This document shows, one piece after another, positions 20,454 to 31,277 of a DNA stretch of 64,000 bases. Where the stretch lies: positions 1 to 64,000 of the forward strand of contig JAZNAU010000009.1 of NCBI GenBank assembly GCA_045586685.1. The letters are read 5' to 3'. A program made the position numbers and the translations under genes. Origin of the DNA: Clostridia bacterium (lineage in GTDB: Bacteria; Bacillota; Clostridia; HGM11514). The notes under the pieces were generated by a model. It made no database searches. It was not told the DNA's origin and was given only the letters and a program-made list of their open reading frames with translations. The stretch's first letter is position 1; each line of letters opens with the position of its first letter.

Positions 20454-21686
20454 ATGAGAAAAGTTGTGATTACAGGAATGGGTGCCATCACTCCCATCGG
20501 CAATGATGTTCCCTCATTTTGGGATGCTATGATGAAGGGCACAAATGGCATCGCTCCTATCACTCGTTTTGATACCACAGACTATAAAGCCACTCTGGCA
20601 GCAGAGGTAAAGGATTTTAATCCAGAACCCTATCTTTCCAAGAGTGAAGTGAGAAAAACGGACCTGTTTGTGCAATATGGCATTGCAGCAGCCGCACAGG
20701 CTGTGGAAGACAGCGGTATCATAAACAACATCAATCCAAAGCGTCTTGGTGTTTACTTTGGCTCCGGTGTTGGGGGATTTGGTACCATGGCTGAAGAACA
20801 AGCTAACTTAATAGAAAAAGGCCCCAGACGGATTTCCCCTCAGTTTGTTCCTAAAATGATTGCTAACATTGCAGCCGGAAACATTGCTATCCGCAATAAC
20901 GCTCAAGGGCCCTGTTTATCTATCTCTACTGCTTGTGCAACAGGAACGACCTGTATTGGCGAAGCATTCCGTGCCGTTCGCGATGGCTATGCGGATGCAA
21001 TCATCGCAGGCGGAAGTGAAGCAAGCATTATCCCTCTGGCAGTAGCCGGCTTTATTAACTGTATGGCGCTGACCACAACGGATGATGTAAATGCCGCCTC
21101 CATTCCCTTTGACAAGAGAAGAAGTGGATTTGTTATGGGCGAAGGTGCAGGTGCTTTAATTGTAGAAGATTACGAACACGCGAAAGCAAGAGGAGCCAAA
21201 ATTTACTGCGAACTGGCAGGATACGGCAGTACTTGTGATGCTTATCACGTTACCGCTCCCTCCCCCGATGCAGAAGGCGGAGCAGAAGCCATTCGTCAGG
21301 CAGTGATGCAAGCAGGGGGGGCAGAAGGACACAGCATTTACATCAATGCACACGGCACTTCTACTCCTTTGAATGACAAAACCGAAACCTTAGCAATTAA
21401 GAAAGCCTTAGGTGAAACAATCGCACAGACAGTGAAAATCAGTTCTACCAAATCCATGACAGGTCACATGTTAGGTGCCGCAGGTGCAGTAGAAGCCATC
21501 GCCTCTATTTTAGCACTCCAAAAAGGCATTGTTCCTCCTACCATCAACTTTAAAGAAGCAGACGAGGAATGTGATTTGGATTACACACCCAATGTGCCTT
21601 GTGAAAAAGAACTTACCATGGCTCTGTCCACCTCCCTTGGATTTGGAGGTCACAATGCCTGTGTGGCATTTAAAAAGGAGAACTAA
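20454..21686 (+). CDS. fabF: Beta-ketoacyl-ACP synthase II
   Basis: MRKVVITGMG, STACATG, INAHGTST, KSMTGHMLGA, GFGGHN. Confidence 0.96.
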   Translation: MRKVVITGMGAITPIGNDVPSFWDAMMKGTNGIAPITRFDTTDYKATLAAEVKDFNPEPYLSKSEVRKTDLFVQYGIAAAAQAVEDSGIINNINPKRLGVYFGSGVGGFGTMAEEQANLIEKGPRRISPQFVPKMIANIAAGNIAIRNNAQGPCLSISTACATGTTCIGEAFRAVRDGYADAIIAGGSEASIIPLAVAGFINCMALTTTDDVNAASIPFDKRRSGFVMGEGAGALIVEDYEHAKARGAKIYCELAGYGSTCDAYHVTAPSPDAEGGAEAIRQAVMQAGGAEGHSIYINAHGTSTPLNDKTETLAIKKALGETIAQTVKISSTKSMTGHMLGAAGAVEAIASILALQKGIVPPTINFKEADEECDLDYTPNVPCEKELTMALSTSLGFGGHNACVAFKKEN

Positions 21687-21690
21687 TCCT

Positions 21691-22119
21691 ATGAATCAAC
21701 ATGAATTGATGCAGATTTTGCCTCATCGGGACCATATGCTCCTGATTGATGAAGCAGAACTAATTGAGGGCAAAGCCCACGGGAAAAAGCATATTACGGG
21801 GAATGAATTCTTTTTAAAGGGTCATTTCCCCGAAAAACCTGTAGTACCCGGTGTGATTTTGTGTGAAATTCTGGCACAGTCCGTCTGCGTTTGTCTGGCG
21901 GACAAAATGGAAGAAAATACTGTTCCCATGTTTACGGGACTCAATAACGTAAAGTTCCGTCAGCCTGTGTTACCCGGTGACACGGTGGAAACAGAATGTG
22001 AAATCACCCGAATCAAACATCCCTTTTATTTTGCCAAGGGAAAGGCAACGGTAAACGGCAAACTGTGCGTTTCCGCTGAATTTTCCTTTGCACTGGCGAA
22101 AGAAACGGAGGAAACATGA
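21691..22119 (+). CDS. fabZ: 3-hydroxyacyl-ACP dehydratase
   Basis: LPHRDHMLLID, GHFPEKPVVPGV, KFRQPVLPGD. Confidence 0.95.
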   Translation: MNQHELMQILPHRDHMLLIDEAELIEGKAHGKKHITGNEFFLKGHFPEKPVVPGVILCEILAQSVCVCLADKMEENTVPMFTGLNNVKFRQPVLPGDTVETECEITRIKHPFYFAKGKATVNGKLCVSAEFSFALAKETEET

Positions 22120-22922
22120 AACTAACAGAAATTTTCAAGAAAAAACAAGACTCTATCATTTCCTGCAAAAAATGCCAAGGAGCTTTCCCTGAATCGGAGT
22201 TAATGAAACATTTTATGATTTGTCCTAACTGCGGTCAATATCTACGGATGAATTCACGTCAGAGAATTGCTCTGATTGCAGATAAAAACACTTTTAAGGA
22301 AACAGATGGAAAGCTGAAAAGCCAAGACCTTCTCTCCTTCCCCGGCTATCCGGAAAAGCTGGAAAAAGCAATGAATGACAGCGGTGAACTGGAAGGTGTT
22401 GTTTGCGGCACTGCTAAAATTTGCGGTGTAAAAACTGCCATTTTCGTAATGAATTCTGCCTTTATGATGGGCAGTATGGGTACTGTTGTAGGAGAAAAGA
22501 TTACCCGCCTCTTTGAACTGGCAACCAAGGAAAAGCTTCCTGTTGTAGGCTTTACCACATCAGGCGGAGCCAGAATGCAAGAAGGAATCCTCTCTTTGAT
22601 GCAGATGGCAAAAACCAGCGGCGCAGTAAAACGACACAGCGATGCAGGTCTTCTTTATATCACCGTTCTTACCGACCCCACTACAGGAGGCGTTACTGCA
22701 AGCTTTGCCATGGAAGGAGATATTATTATTTCCGAACCCAAGGCACTGGTTGGTTTTGCAGGCGCCAGAGTGATTGAACAAACCATTGGACAGAAGCTTC
22801 CGGAAGGCTTCCAGAGAGCAGAATTTTTGTTGGAGCATGGGTTTATAGACATGATTGAACCCAGGGAAACCTTAAAAGAGTGTCTGTCTCATATTCTGAT
22901 CATGCATGAGGTGAAAAAATGA
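22116..22922 (+). CDS. accD: Acetyl-CoA carboxylase carboxyltransferase beta
   Basis: CKKC...CPNC zinc finger; GSMGTVVGEK; SGGARMQEG; DPTTGGVTASF. Confidence 0.95.
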   Translation: MKLTEIFKKKQDSIISCKKCQGAFPESELMKHFMICPNCGQYLRMNSRQRIALIADKNTFKETDGKLKSQDLLSFPGYPEKLEKAMNDSGELEGVVCGTAKICGVKTAIFVMNSAFMMGSMGTVVGEKITRLFELATKEKLPVVGFTTSGGARMQEGILSLMQMAKTSGAVKRHSDAGLLYITVLTDPTTGGVTASFAMEGDIIISEPKALVGFAGARVIEQTIGQKLPEGFQRAEFLLEHGFIDMIEPRETLKECLSHILIMHEVKK

Positions 22923-23695
22923 AAGCATATACAAGAGTTCAAAACGCAAGAAAAGGGCAAAGACCCTCAGGTTATTTTTTCATCAACCAAATGATTGACC
23001 AATTTACCGAATTTCACGGTGACCGCAGATTTGGTGACGACGGTGCGATTGTGGCAGGGATTGGAACTTTAAACGGAACACCTGTTACTGTCATTGCCAT
23101 GGAACGGGGCACTACCATTGAGGAGAGAATGAAGCGGAATTTCGGCTGTCCTTCTCCCGAAGGTTATAGAAAAGCCCTGAGGCTGATGAAACAAGCTGAA
23201 AAATTTCACCGCCCTGTGATTTGCCTCATCGGGAGCTCCGGAGCATATCCCGGAATCAGCGCAGAGGAACGTGGTCAGGGAGAAGCCATTGCAGAAAATC
23301 TGATGGAAATGATGACCTTAAAAACACCCATTGTATCAGTGGTTGTAGGCGAAGGCGGCAGCGGCGGTGCGTTGGCACTGGGTGTTGCAGATACGGTCAT
23401 CATGCTGGAAAACGCAGTATATTCCGTCATTTCTCCTGAAGCCTGTGCAAGTATTCTTTGGAAGGATGCGGCTAAGGCGGATGAAGCGGCAGATGCTCTC
23501 AAGCTGACCGCATATGACCTAAAAGAATTTGGTGTGATTGAGACGGTCGTCCCCGAACCGGAAGACATCTCCCCCGAACAGCTTTGCGCAAGTCTGAAAG
23601 CTGTTTTAGTGCGGGAAATCAATCAAAAAAGCAAGCTGTCTGTTGACAAACTGGTAGAACAGAGATATCAAAGATTCCGTAAAATCGGAAGCTAA
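22919..23695 (+). CDS. accA: Acetyl-CoA carboxylase carboxyltransferase alpha
   Basis: HGDRRFGDD, PEGYRKALR, AEERGQ, GEGGSGGALA, YSVISPE. Confidence 0.95.
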   Translation: MKAYTRVQNARKGQRPSGYFFINQMIDQFTEFHGDRRFGDDGAIVAGIGTLNGTPVTVIAMERGTTIEERMKRNFGCPSPEGYRKALRLMKQAEKFHRPVICLIGSSGAYPGISAEERGQGEAIAENLMEMMTLKTPIVSVVVGEGGSGGALALGVADTVIMLENAVYSVISPEACASILWKDAAKADEAADALKLTAYDLKEFGVIETVVPEPEDISPEQLCASLKAVLVREINQKSKLSVDKLVEQRYQRFRKIGS

Positions 23696-23754
23696 TGCGA
23701 ATTAACAAAAAGGAATCTCCTTTGGTAGCAGATACATTTCAACATACAAACAAC

Positions 23755-23790
23755 AAACTCCCCAATACCCTGATGGGTATTGGGGAGTTT
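23755..23790. terminator. Strong hairpin/terminator after the fab operon
   Basis: AAACTCCCCAATACCC-TGAT-GGGTATTGGGGAGTTT. Confidence 0.8.
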
Positions 23791-23826
23791 TGGCTTTCAA
23801 GTACATAATAGATGCAGTTAATTTTA

Positions 23827-24044
23827 GCGATATACTCGCTATTGCTCGTGCGATATATTTGCTTCTCAAATTCGATATAACTCCACTTCGTTTTGTTGCG
23901 ATATGATATAAATTCCTTTTTCTCGTTGCCGCAAGGCAACATATCGCATCAAAGATATATCGCGTACGAAGTACATATCGCAAATTCCGTCAGGAATTTA
24001 TATCGATGAAAAAACGACAAGTCGAAACTTGTCGTTTTTTCTGG
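23827..24044. repeat. Hairpin-ladder element A (CGATAT/ATATCG spacers) plus terminator, at tRNA-Pro 3' end
   Basis: 4x CGATAT (23828, 23851, 23873, 23899) then 4x ATATCG (23941, 23957, 23975, 24000), interleaved with mini-hairpins; terminator 24008-24041 then TGG. Confidence 0.8.
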
Positions 24045-24117
24045 TCGGAGTGACAGGATTCGAACCTGCGACATCCTGCTCCCAAAGCAGGCGCGCTACC
24101 AACTGCGCTACACCCCG
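24042..24117 (-). tRNA. tRNA-Pro(UGG)
   Basis: CGGGGTGTAGCGCAGTTGGTAGCGCGCCTGCTT-TGG-GAGCAGGATGTCGCAGGTTCGAATCCTGTCACTCCGACCA. Confidence 0.97.
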
Positions 24118-24194
24118 ATTTATTTATTATACCTTAAATAATAAACAAATGCAAGGCTTGAAATAAATAAAAAAAGGCTGTTTTTTCTGGTTTA

Positions 24195-24914
24195 CTATGA
24201 TTTTCTTTTATTTTCTTCTATTATCTGCTTTTTTAATAAAATTATCTTTTCTTTCTCTGTCAAATACCGCCATTGTCCCACAGGCAAATCTCCTAGCAGA
24301 ACCCGTCCCACGGAAATCCGCTTTAATTCTACTACAGGATGACCGACTGTCTCCAGCATTTTTCGCACCTGTCTGTTTCTGCCTTCGTGAATGGTAAGTT
24401 GCACTCTTTCCTCCTTCCATTCCGCTTTTGCAGGGGCGGTTTTTCTTCCATCTATCACAACTCCTTGGCGAAGTTTCTCCAACACAGCTTCATCAGGAAC
24501 CCCTTGCACCTTTGCCACATAACATTTATCCACCTGATTCTTAGGGTGGGTCATCTGATAGGCAAACTCCCCATCGTTGGTCAGCAAAAGAAGGCCTTCC
24601 GTATCATAATCCAGACGACCAACAGGAAAAACCCGATAAGGAAGAGAAATCAAATCAATCACACTTTTTCTGCCAAATTGGTCGGAAACGGTAGTGACTA
24701 CACCTCTTGGCTTATTTAGCATCAAATAAACCTTTTCTTGTTGCATGCCAATGACCAAGCCATCTACCTTAATCACATCAACACATGGTTCTATCTGAAC
24801 ACCTTGTGTCATAACAACAGTATCATTCACCATCACACGTCCTTGACTGATGATTTCTTCACATTTTCTGCGAGAGGCCACTCCGCACTCCGCCATATAC
24901 TTTTGCAATCGCAT
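24195..24914 (-). CDS. rluB: RluB/RsuA family pseudouridine synthase
   Basis: MRLQKYMAECGVASRR S4 domain; PVGRLDYDTEGL; HEGRNRQVR. Confidence 0.9.
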   Translation of the reverse strand: MRLQKYMAECGVASRRKCEEIISQGRVMVNDTVVMTQGVQIEPCVDVIKVDGLVIGMQQEKVYLMLNKPRGVVTTVSDQFGRKSVIDLISLPYRVFPVGRLDYDTEGLLLLTNDGEFAYQMTHPKNQVDKCYVAKVQGVPDEAVLEKLRQGVVIDGRKTAPAKAEWKEERVQLTIHEGRNRQVRKMLETVGHPVVELKRISVGRVLLGDLPVGQWRYLTEKEKIILLKKQIIEENKRKS

Positions 24915-24915
24915 A

Positions 24916-26040
24916 TCAATCTCCCATTAACAAAACCTCTATTTCCTGTAATAGAAACAGAAAAAATTGTTTTCTTTTATCTTCCTGTACGCTAGCACCT
25001 ACATATAAATCCCCTTGTGACATCTGTTCATTTCCGATCAACACCCGTACTGTTCCCACCTTTTGTCCTTTTGTAAAAGGTGCCTTAAGTGATTTTGGCA
25101 CCTCCACTTCCAAACGATAATCAGGATGTTGATTTTGTTTACACACAAAGGATAATTTGTCTTCTGTATAAATTCCCACCGTTTCCTCTGTACCGCCTAT
25201 GACGGGAAGCTCTTTTACAAAGCCCTTTTTTGGAATCACTTCCACTGTCTGGTATGAACCAAATGCATTGTCAAGCAGAAGTTTATGATCATTCCAGTCA
25301 TCAGGTGCATTTAAGGTCACTGCTACCACTTGCATTCCGTCCCGAGTGGCTGAAGATACCAAAGCACGACCGGTACTTTTGGTAAACCCTGTTTTGACAC
25401 CGTCACAGCCCTCATACATCCGCAGCATTTTGTTATGATTCACCAGTTTCTTATCATATTCCCTACCGGGCCAAGGAATGTTTCGTTCTCTTGTACTTAC
25501 AATTTTGCAAAACCACTCATTTTCCAATGCATAACAAGCAATCAGTCCCAAATCGTAAGCGGTAGTATAATGCCCTTCCTCCGGCAATCCGTTAGGATTG
25601 ACAAAATGCGTCTGCGAAGCCCCAATCGCTTTCGCCTTCTCGTTCATCATACTGCAGAAATTTTCAACCGTTCCTCCCACATACTCAGCCAATGCCACTG
25701 CGGCATCGTTTCCGGAATTTAACATCAACCCGTAAAGGAGATTTTCCACAGTAATGGCCTCCCCTACCTCCAGCCACATGGAAGACCCTTCTACTCCTAC
25801 CGCATTTTTACCAATTTTCACAACTTCATGAAGCTCGGTGTTTTCTAACGTAACAATAGCAGTCATAATTTTTGTAGTACTTGCCATACCAAGTTGCTCA
25901 TACGCGTTGGATTCAAACAACACCTTCCGCGTACCTTGTTCCATTACCACTGCCGACTGCGCCGAATAACAAAATCCTTTTATGGGAATCAGAACTATCA
26001 ACAGTAAAATCAATAAACTATGTTTAAACAGAACAATCAC
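24916..26040 (-). CDS. dacB: D-alanyl-D-alanine carboxypeptidase (DacB-like)
   Basis: MASTTK (SxxK), SGN, KTG motifs; upstream ATA-N16-CATATTCT resembles a sigma-E promoter. Confidence 0.85.
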   Translation of the reverse strand: MIVLFKHSLLILLLIVLIPIKGFCYSAQSAVVMEQGTRKVLFESNAYEQLGMASTTKIMTAIVTLENTELHEVVKIGKNAVGVEGSSMWLEVGEAITVENLLYGLMLNSGNDAAVALAEYVGGTVENFCSMMNEKAKAIGASQTHFVNPNGLPEEGHYTTAYDLGLIACYALENEWFCKIVSTRERNIPWPGREYDKKLVNHNKMLRMYEGCDGVKTGFTKSTGRALVSSATRDGMQVVAVTLNAPDDWNDHKLLLDNAFGSYQTVEVIPKKGFVKELPVIGGTEETVGIYTEDKLSFVCKQNQHPDYRLEVEVPKSLKAPFTKGQKVGTVRVLIGNEQMSQGDLYVGASVQEDKRKQFFLFLLQEIEVLLMGD

Positions 26041-26076
26041 CTGCCCTCATTTAAGAATATGAGCAGGTGATGGGGT

Positions 26077-26484
26077 TTATTCTTCTGACTGTTCTTTGTT
26101 TCCTTTTTTACTTGTAATAGCAGAGCTGATTTTCTCTACCGCATCCGGAATATAATCCACCAGCTTGTCAATAGGATTGTCCTGATTGACAGGCATCAGC
26201 TTAATCTGATTTTTTCCAACAATCATAAATGCTACCGGTTGGATTGAAACTCCTGCACCGCTTCCTCCTCCAAAGAGATTGGTATTATCCGGTGCTTTCA
26301 CTTTTTCCGGAGTATGAAACTCGGATCCGCCTGCCGCAAAGCCAAAGCTTACCTTTGAAATCGGAATAATCACTGTACCATCTGCAGTTTCTACAGGGGA
26401 ACCTACAATGGTATTCACATCTACCATCTCTTTAATGCTTTGCATTGCAGTTGCCATCAAACCCTGAATTGGATGATCAGACAT
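26077..26484 (-). CDS. ytfJ: Sporulation/germination protein YtfJ/GerW
   Basis: HPIQGLM...MVDVNTIVG...IIPISKVSFGFAAGG...FGGGSGAGVS. Confidence 0.92.
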   Translation of the reverse strand: MSDHPIQGLMATAMQSIKEMVDVNTIVGSPVETADGTVIIPISKVSFGFAAGGSEFHTPEKVKAPDNTNLFGGGSGAGVSIQPVAFMIVGKNQIKLMPVNQDNPIDKLVDYIPDAVEKISSAITSKKGNKEQSEE

Positions 26485-26670
26485 TGTTATAACCACCTTT
26501 CTTATCTACAACTCATGTTTAATATGAGCCAAAATGATGTAATCTATACTTTTATTATACACCAAAAAAAACAAAAGCGCAAGTATATTCTTGAAAAAAA
26601 TTCCAATCCATGAATAAACTTATTTTCTTCTGTCCACAATACAATTATCAATCATAAAGGAGAGGTCGCC

Positions 26671-26940
26671 ATGATTTACGGAAAATCCAGAAATGTAGTA
26701 GTTATTCAGAATATTGATTCAACTTATGTAGAACAAGCCATTCTGATTTTAAAAAAAAATCCGGGAAACAAAGAATTTTACGCCTCTGAGGAGGGCATTG
26801 TAAAAGAAGCACAACGCATTATTGAACAATATAATCAAAATCAAATGACTCCACCAAACAATAAATTACATCGTTTTTGGGGATATCTGTTAATCGGAGC
26901 AACCGCTGTTGTTTCCTGTATCTTATATCTGGTTTCTTAA
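26671..26940 (+). CDS. Hypothetical protein with C-terminal TM helix
   Basis: AAAGGAG RBS; 89 aa; hydrophobic C-terminus; followed by a terminator. Confidence 0.7.
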   Translation: MIYGKSRNVVVIQNIDSTYVEQAILILKKNPGNKEFYASEEGIVKEAQRIIEQYNQNQMTPPNNKLHRFWGYLLIGATAVVSCILYLVS

Positions 26941-26946
26941 ATTATA

Positions 26947-26980
26947 AAAAAATGAGGTTGTCAAATGACAGCCTCATTTT
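26947..26980. terminator. Bidirectional terminator
   Basis: AAAAATGAGGTTGTCA-AA-TGACAGCCTCATTTTT. Confidence 0.8.
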
Positions 26981-26983
26981 TAT

Positions 26984-27190
26984 TTAGTGATGTCTGGCAG
27001 GCTCCTTTTCTCGGAACAACAAGGTAATTGCCCAAAGTCCGGCAAGACCTACCAGAGAGAAGATAATTCTGCTGATTGCAGCTCCCTGACCACCAAACAG
27101 AGAACCTACCAAATCGAATCCAAACAAACCGATAGATCCCCAGTTCAACGCACCAATAATGATCAACACCAAAGATAAATTATCAAGCAT
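26984..27190 (-). CDS. DUF378 family small membrane protein
   Basis: LIIIGALNWGSIGLFGFDLV...SRIIFSLVGLAG. Confidence 0.9.
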   Translation of the reverse strand: MLDNLSLVLIIIGALNWGSIGLFGFDLVGSLFGGQGAAISRIIFSLVGLAGLWAITLLFREKEPARHH

Positions 27191-27366
27191 TGCAATATCT
27201 CCTTTTCATTGAAACTCTTTGATTCATAAATCATTATGTGCAATTTTCTAATTTTTATTCAATTTCAGGTATCAAACTAAAAAAATAACAAAATGGTCAA
27301 CAAAACCAAAGATTGACCGGCCACCAAATACATAACATCCAATGCTTTCCACATTTTTAAAAAATA

Positions 27367-28128
27367 TTATAATCGTACGGAAATTCCCCGTTCTTTTAAA
27401 TAATTTTTTAAATCGGAAATTGCAATTTCGTTATAGTGGAATAAGGATGCCGCTAATACCGCTTCTGCACCGCCGTCCACAAAGGCATCATAAAAATGCT
27501 CCAAGCTTCCCGCACCTCCCGATGCAATGACGGGAATATCCACCAAATCTGAAATTTTTCTGGTTAATGCAATATCATACCCGTTTTTGGTTCCGTCACA
27601 ATCCATACTGGTAAGCAATATTTCTCCTGCTCCAAGACGATATGCTTCTTCTGCCCATGAGAGGGCATCAAGACCGGTGTTCACCCGACCGCCGTTCAAG
27701 TAAACCTCCCACTTATCCTGGTTGGGGTTTCTTTTTGCATCAATAGCGACCACAACACATTGACTTCCAAATTTATCTGCCGCCTCACGAATAAGAGTGG
27801 GATTTTTAATTGCCGCAGAATTGACGGAAATTTTATCTGCCCCTTCTCTTAAAATCGCCTTAAAATCCTCAACTGTACGGATTCCGCCACCCACAGTAAA
27901 AGGTATAAACACGGTTTCTGCAACCTTTCTGACCAAATCTAAAATGATATTGCGGGAATCAGAGGAGGCGGTTATATCCAAAAACACAAGCTCGTCCGCT
28001 CCTGCCTTGTCGTATGCCGCACCAACCTGTACAGGGTCTCCTGCATCACGCAAATTGACAAAATTTACACCTTTTACAACACGGCCCTGATGAACATCCA
28101 AACAGGGAATAATTCGTTTCGCATGCAT
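27367..28128 (-). CDS. hisF: Imidazole glycerol phosphate synthase cyclase subunit
   Basis: [15 protein letters not shown]; [13 protein letters not shown]; [11 protein letters not shown]. Confidence 0.97.
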   Translation of the reverse strand: MHAKRIIPCLDVHQGRVVKGVNFVNLRDAGDPVQVGAAYDKAGADELVFLDITASSDSRNIILDLVRKVAETVFIPFTVGGGIRTVEDFKAILREGADKISVNSAAIKNPTLIREAADKFGSQCVVVAIDAKRNPNQDKWEVYLNGGRVNTGLDALSWAEEAYRLGAGEILLTSMDCDGTKNGYDIALTRKISDLVDIPVIASGGAGSLEHFYDAFVDGGAEAVLAASLFHYNEIAISDLKNYLKERGISVRL

Positions 28129-28743
28129 CTAATTCTCCCCCATTTCCACAAAATTCTTTAAAATTTGAAGTCCTACCGTTCCGCTTTTTTCGGGATGAAA
28201 CTGCGCTGCCATCACATTTCCCTGTTCTACCGCAACAGGAAGTTCAATGCCGTAATCAGTAGTAGCAGCAACAATGGTTTTGTCAGAAGGCTCCATATAA
28301 TATGAATGAACAAAATACACAAAAGGATTGTCCCCAATTTTTTTCAGAAAGCCGTTTTTCTTTTCAATGTTCAACTGATTCCATCCCATATGGGGAATTT
28401 TTAACCCTTGTCCCGCAGGAATTTTTACAATTTTACCGGACAGAATACCAAGTCCTTTCACATCAGGACTTTCCTCGCTTTCTTCAAACAGAAGCTGGAG
28501 ACCCAGACAAATTCCCAAAAAGGGTTTCCCTGATTGAACTGTCTTTTGAATGGTTTTATCCAATCCCCGCTTTTTTAATTGTTCCATTGCTTCTCCAAAA
28601 GCACCCACTCCGGGTAAAATCACCCGTTTTGCGGATAAGATTTCGGATTCCTCTGAGGTAATCACCGCTTCATATCCCAAAAATTCCAGTGCTTTTTGAA
28701 CACTTCGCAAATTTCCTGCATCATAATCAATTATTGCAATCAT
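28129..28743 (-). CDS. hisH: Imidazole glycerol phosphate synthase glutaminase subunit
   Basis: IIDYDAGNL; LPGVGAF; GICLG; QFHPEKS. Confidence 0.97.
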   Translation of the reverse strand: MIAIIDYDAGNLRSVQKALEFLGYEAVITSEESEILSAKRVILPGVGAFGEAMEQLKKRGLDKTIQKTVQSGKPFLGICLGLQLLFEESEESPDVKGLGILSGKIVKIPAGQGLKIPHMGWNQLNIEKKNGFLKKIGDNPFVYFVHSYYMEPSDKTIVAATTDYGIELPVAVEQGNVMAAQFHPEKSGTVGLQILKNFVEMGEN

Positions 28744-28753
28744 AAAACGCCAC

Positions 28754-29971
28754 CTATGCAAGAATTACTTTAAAGTAATGTTTTTTGCCCTTTTTCACCA
28801 TCAATCCGTCTTCGTCAAAGTCCCCTTTGGTAAATTCATGGTCAATAGAAGTAATCTTTTGGTCATTGACAGTCAGTCCGCCCTGAGTAATCAACCGTCT
28901 TCCTTCTCCGCGGGAAGGAACAATCCCTGTATTGAAAATCAAATCCAAAGCAGTCATGGTTTCAAAATCACCTGCAATGGTTTTGGTGGGAACATCCCCT
29001 GTAGGACCGCCTGCTTCAAACAAGGCTTGCGCTGCCGCCTGTGCTTTTTCTGCTTCTTCTTTCCCATGTACCAAAGCAGTTACTTCATATGCTAAAATCT
29101 TTTTGGCTGTATTGATTTCCTGACCTTCCAGTTTTTCCAGCTCTCTGATTTCGTCCATGGGCAGGAAGGTAAGCATTTTCAAGCAACGGATGACATCTTG
29201 GTCACCCACATTTCTCCAATACTGATAAAAATCATAAGGAGAGGTTTTCTTAGGATCCAACCAAACAGCTCCCCCCTGAGTTTTCCCCATTTTCTTTCCT
29301 TCGGAGGTGGTAAGCAGAGTAAAGGTCATTCCGTACACTTCCTCACCTTCCACACGGCGAACCAATTCCAGACCACCCAGAATGTTAGACCACTGGTCGT
29401 CCCCTCCCAGTTCCATTTTACAACCATAATTCTGATACAGCTTTAAAAAGTCGTAGCTTTGCATCAGCATATAGTTAAATTCGATAAAAGAAAGCCCCTT
29501 TTCCAAACGGCTTTTAAAACATTCTGCTGTCAACATACGATTTACGGAAAAGTGAACACCGATATCCCGCAAGAACTGAATGTAATTTAAATCCATCAGC
29601 CAATCCGCATTATTTACCATCAGTGCCTTTCCGTCTGAAAAATCAACCAAACGGGCAATCTGTTCCTTAAAACATTCGCAATGATAATTGATGGTTTCTA
29701 CCGTCATCATGGTTCTCATATCCGTTCTTCCGGTCGGGTCCCCAACCATCCCTGTACCACCGCCAATCAAGGCAATGGGACGGTGACCGGCACGCTGCAT
29801 ATGTGCCATAACCATCAACTGTAAAAAGTGACCTACATGAAGACTATCTGCGGTAGGATCAAAGCCGATATAAAATGTCACCTTTTCTTTTTCTAACAAT
29901 TCTCTAATTTCTTTTTCGTGAGTCACCTGAGCAATTAACCCACGTTCCTCCAGTACATCATAAACACTCAC
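28754..29971 (-). CDS. tyrS: Tyrosine--tRNA ligase
   Basis: [15 protein letters not shown]; GGDDQW; KKMGKT; C-terminal S4 domain. Confidence 0.97.
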   Translation of the reverse strand: MSVYDVLEERGLIAQVTHEKEIRELLEKEKVTFYIGFDPTADSLHVGHFLQLMVMAHMQRAGHRPIALIGGGTGMVGDPTGRTDMRTMMTVETINYHCECFKEQIARLVDFSDGKALMVNNADWLMDLNYIQFLRDIGVHFSVNRMLTAECFKSRLEKGLSFIEFNYMLMQSYDFLKLYQNYGCKMELGGDDQWSNILGGLELVRRVEGEEVYGMTFTLLTTSEGKKMGKTQGGAVWLDPKKTSPYDFYQYWRNVGDQDVIRCLKMLTFLPMDEIRELEKLEGQEINTAKKILAYEVTALVHGKEEAEKAQAAAQALFEAGGPTGDVPTKTIAGDFETMTALDLIFNTGIVPSRGEGRRLITQGGLTVNDQKITSIDHEFTKGDFDEDGLMVKKGKKHYFKVILA

Positions 29972-31277
29972 TGCAATATTCCTCCTTATAGCCTCTCAAG
30001 GCTTCCAATGCTCTTTGAGAAATGGCTTCGTTTTTTTCACGTTTCCCTCTGATTCGCACTCCCAATGGTGGGAGCAAACCAAAATTTATATTCATAGGCT
30101 GAAAATCCGTAACCGATTGGTTACTCACATACCTTGCCAATGCACCAAGTGCAGTTTCCTCCGGCAAGGAGGGTAATTCCTTCCCATGTACCCTTGCTCC
30201 GCAGAACAAGCCTGCAGTAAGACCGGAGGCAGCAGATTCCGCATATCCTTCCACCCCTGTCATCTGTCCTGCAAAATAAAGGTTGGGTTTCCGTTTCAGC
30301 CGATAAGAATCGTCCAACAATTTGGGAGAATTTAAAAATGTATTCCGATGCATCACACCATAACGGATAAATTCTGCATTCTCCAAACCGGGGATGAGAG
30401 AAAATACCCGCTTTTGTTCTCCCCATTTCAGATTAGTCTGAAATCCTACTATGTTATAAAGGCTTCCCGCTCCGTCATCCTGCCGCAACTGCACCACCGC
30501 ATAAGGGACTTCGTCGCTATGAGGATTTCTAAGACCCACAGGCTTTAGCGGACCGAACAGCATGGTCGCCTCTCCCCGCTTTGCCATTGCTTCAATGGGC
30601 ATACAACCTTCAAATACACTGCCCTTTTCAAACTCCTTTAACACCGCCGTTTCAGCCTGAATCAGCTCATGATAAAAACGGTCATACTCTTCTTTTGTCA
30701 TAGGACAGTTTAGGTAATCCGCATCCCCCTTATCGTAACGAGAGGCACGGAATACTTTCGTCATATCAATAGAATCAAATGCAACAATGGGTGCTGCTGC
30801 ATCATAAAAGTGAAGATAATCCTCCCCTGTCAATCGGCTAATTTCAGGAATTAAGCCATCTGAGGTCAAGGGCCCTGTTGCCACAATCACAGGAACATCC
30901 TCAGGTAGCTTGGTGACTTCCTCTGACACTACCTCAATTAAGGGGTGAGACCGGAGGGTATCCGTAATCTCCTGCGAAAATGCTTCTCTGTCCACCGCCA
31001 AGGCTCCCCCTGCCGGAACACGATGCTTGTCCGCACTCCTCATAATCAGGGAATTCATTTCTCTCATTTCTTGTTTTAACAAACCCACTGCATTGGATAG
31101 CAGATCCGCCCGAAGGGAGTTACTGCAAACAAGTTCCCCAAACTTTTCGCTTTTGTGAGCCGGCGAGTATTTTTGAGGTTTCATTTCGTAAATCCGAACG
31201 GGAATCCCCATGTTTACCAGTTGCCATGCAGCCTCGCATCCCGCAAGACCGGCACCGATGACATGAACCGTCATCAT
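29958..31277 (-). CDS. trmFO: tRNA (uracil-54)-methyltransferase TrmFO
   Basis: [11 protein letters not shown]; ELVCSNS; FEGCMP; YGVMHRNT; [10 protein letters not shown]. Confidence 0.96.
   Translation of the reverse strand: MMTVHVIGAGLAGCEAAWQLVNMGIPVRIYEMKPQKYSPAHKSEKFGELVCSNSLRADLLSNAVGLLKQEMREMNSLIMRSADKHRVPAGGALAVDREAFSQEITDTLRSHPLIEVVSEEVTKLPEDVPVIVATGPLTSDGLIPEISRLTGEDYLHFYDAAAPIVAFDSIDMTKVFRASRYDKGDADYLNCPMTKEEYDRFYHELIQAETAVLKEFEKGSVFEGCMPIEAMAKRGEATMLFGPLKPVGLRNPHSDEVPYAVVQLRQDDGAGSLYNIVGFQTNLKWGEQKRVFSLIPGLENAEFIRYGVMHRNTFLNSPKLLDDSYRLKRKPNLYFAGQMTGVEGYAESAASGLTAGLFCGARVHGKELPSLPEETALGALARYVSNQSVTDFQPMNINFGLLPPLGVRIRGKREKNEAISQRALEALRGYKEEYCSECL

Noticed and set aside
23723-23750. 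TGGTAGCAGATACATTTCAAC after a small hairpin as another att-like site
   Set aside because: Does not fit the TGG-N15-T(C/A)GA spacing; too weak to call.
23702-23983. ORFs 23702-23983 and 23739-23942
   Set aside because: They overlap hairpin element A, and their periodic YI/IS content just reflects the DNA repeats; no RBS or recognisable protein.
28754-29971. T-box leaders for tyrS and leuS
   Set aside because: Both genes overlap their upstream ORFs, leaving no room for a leader.
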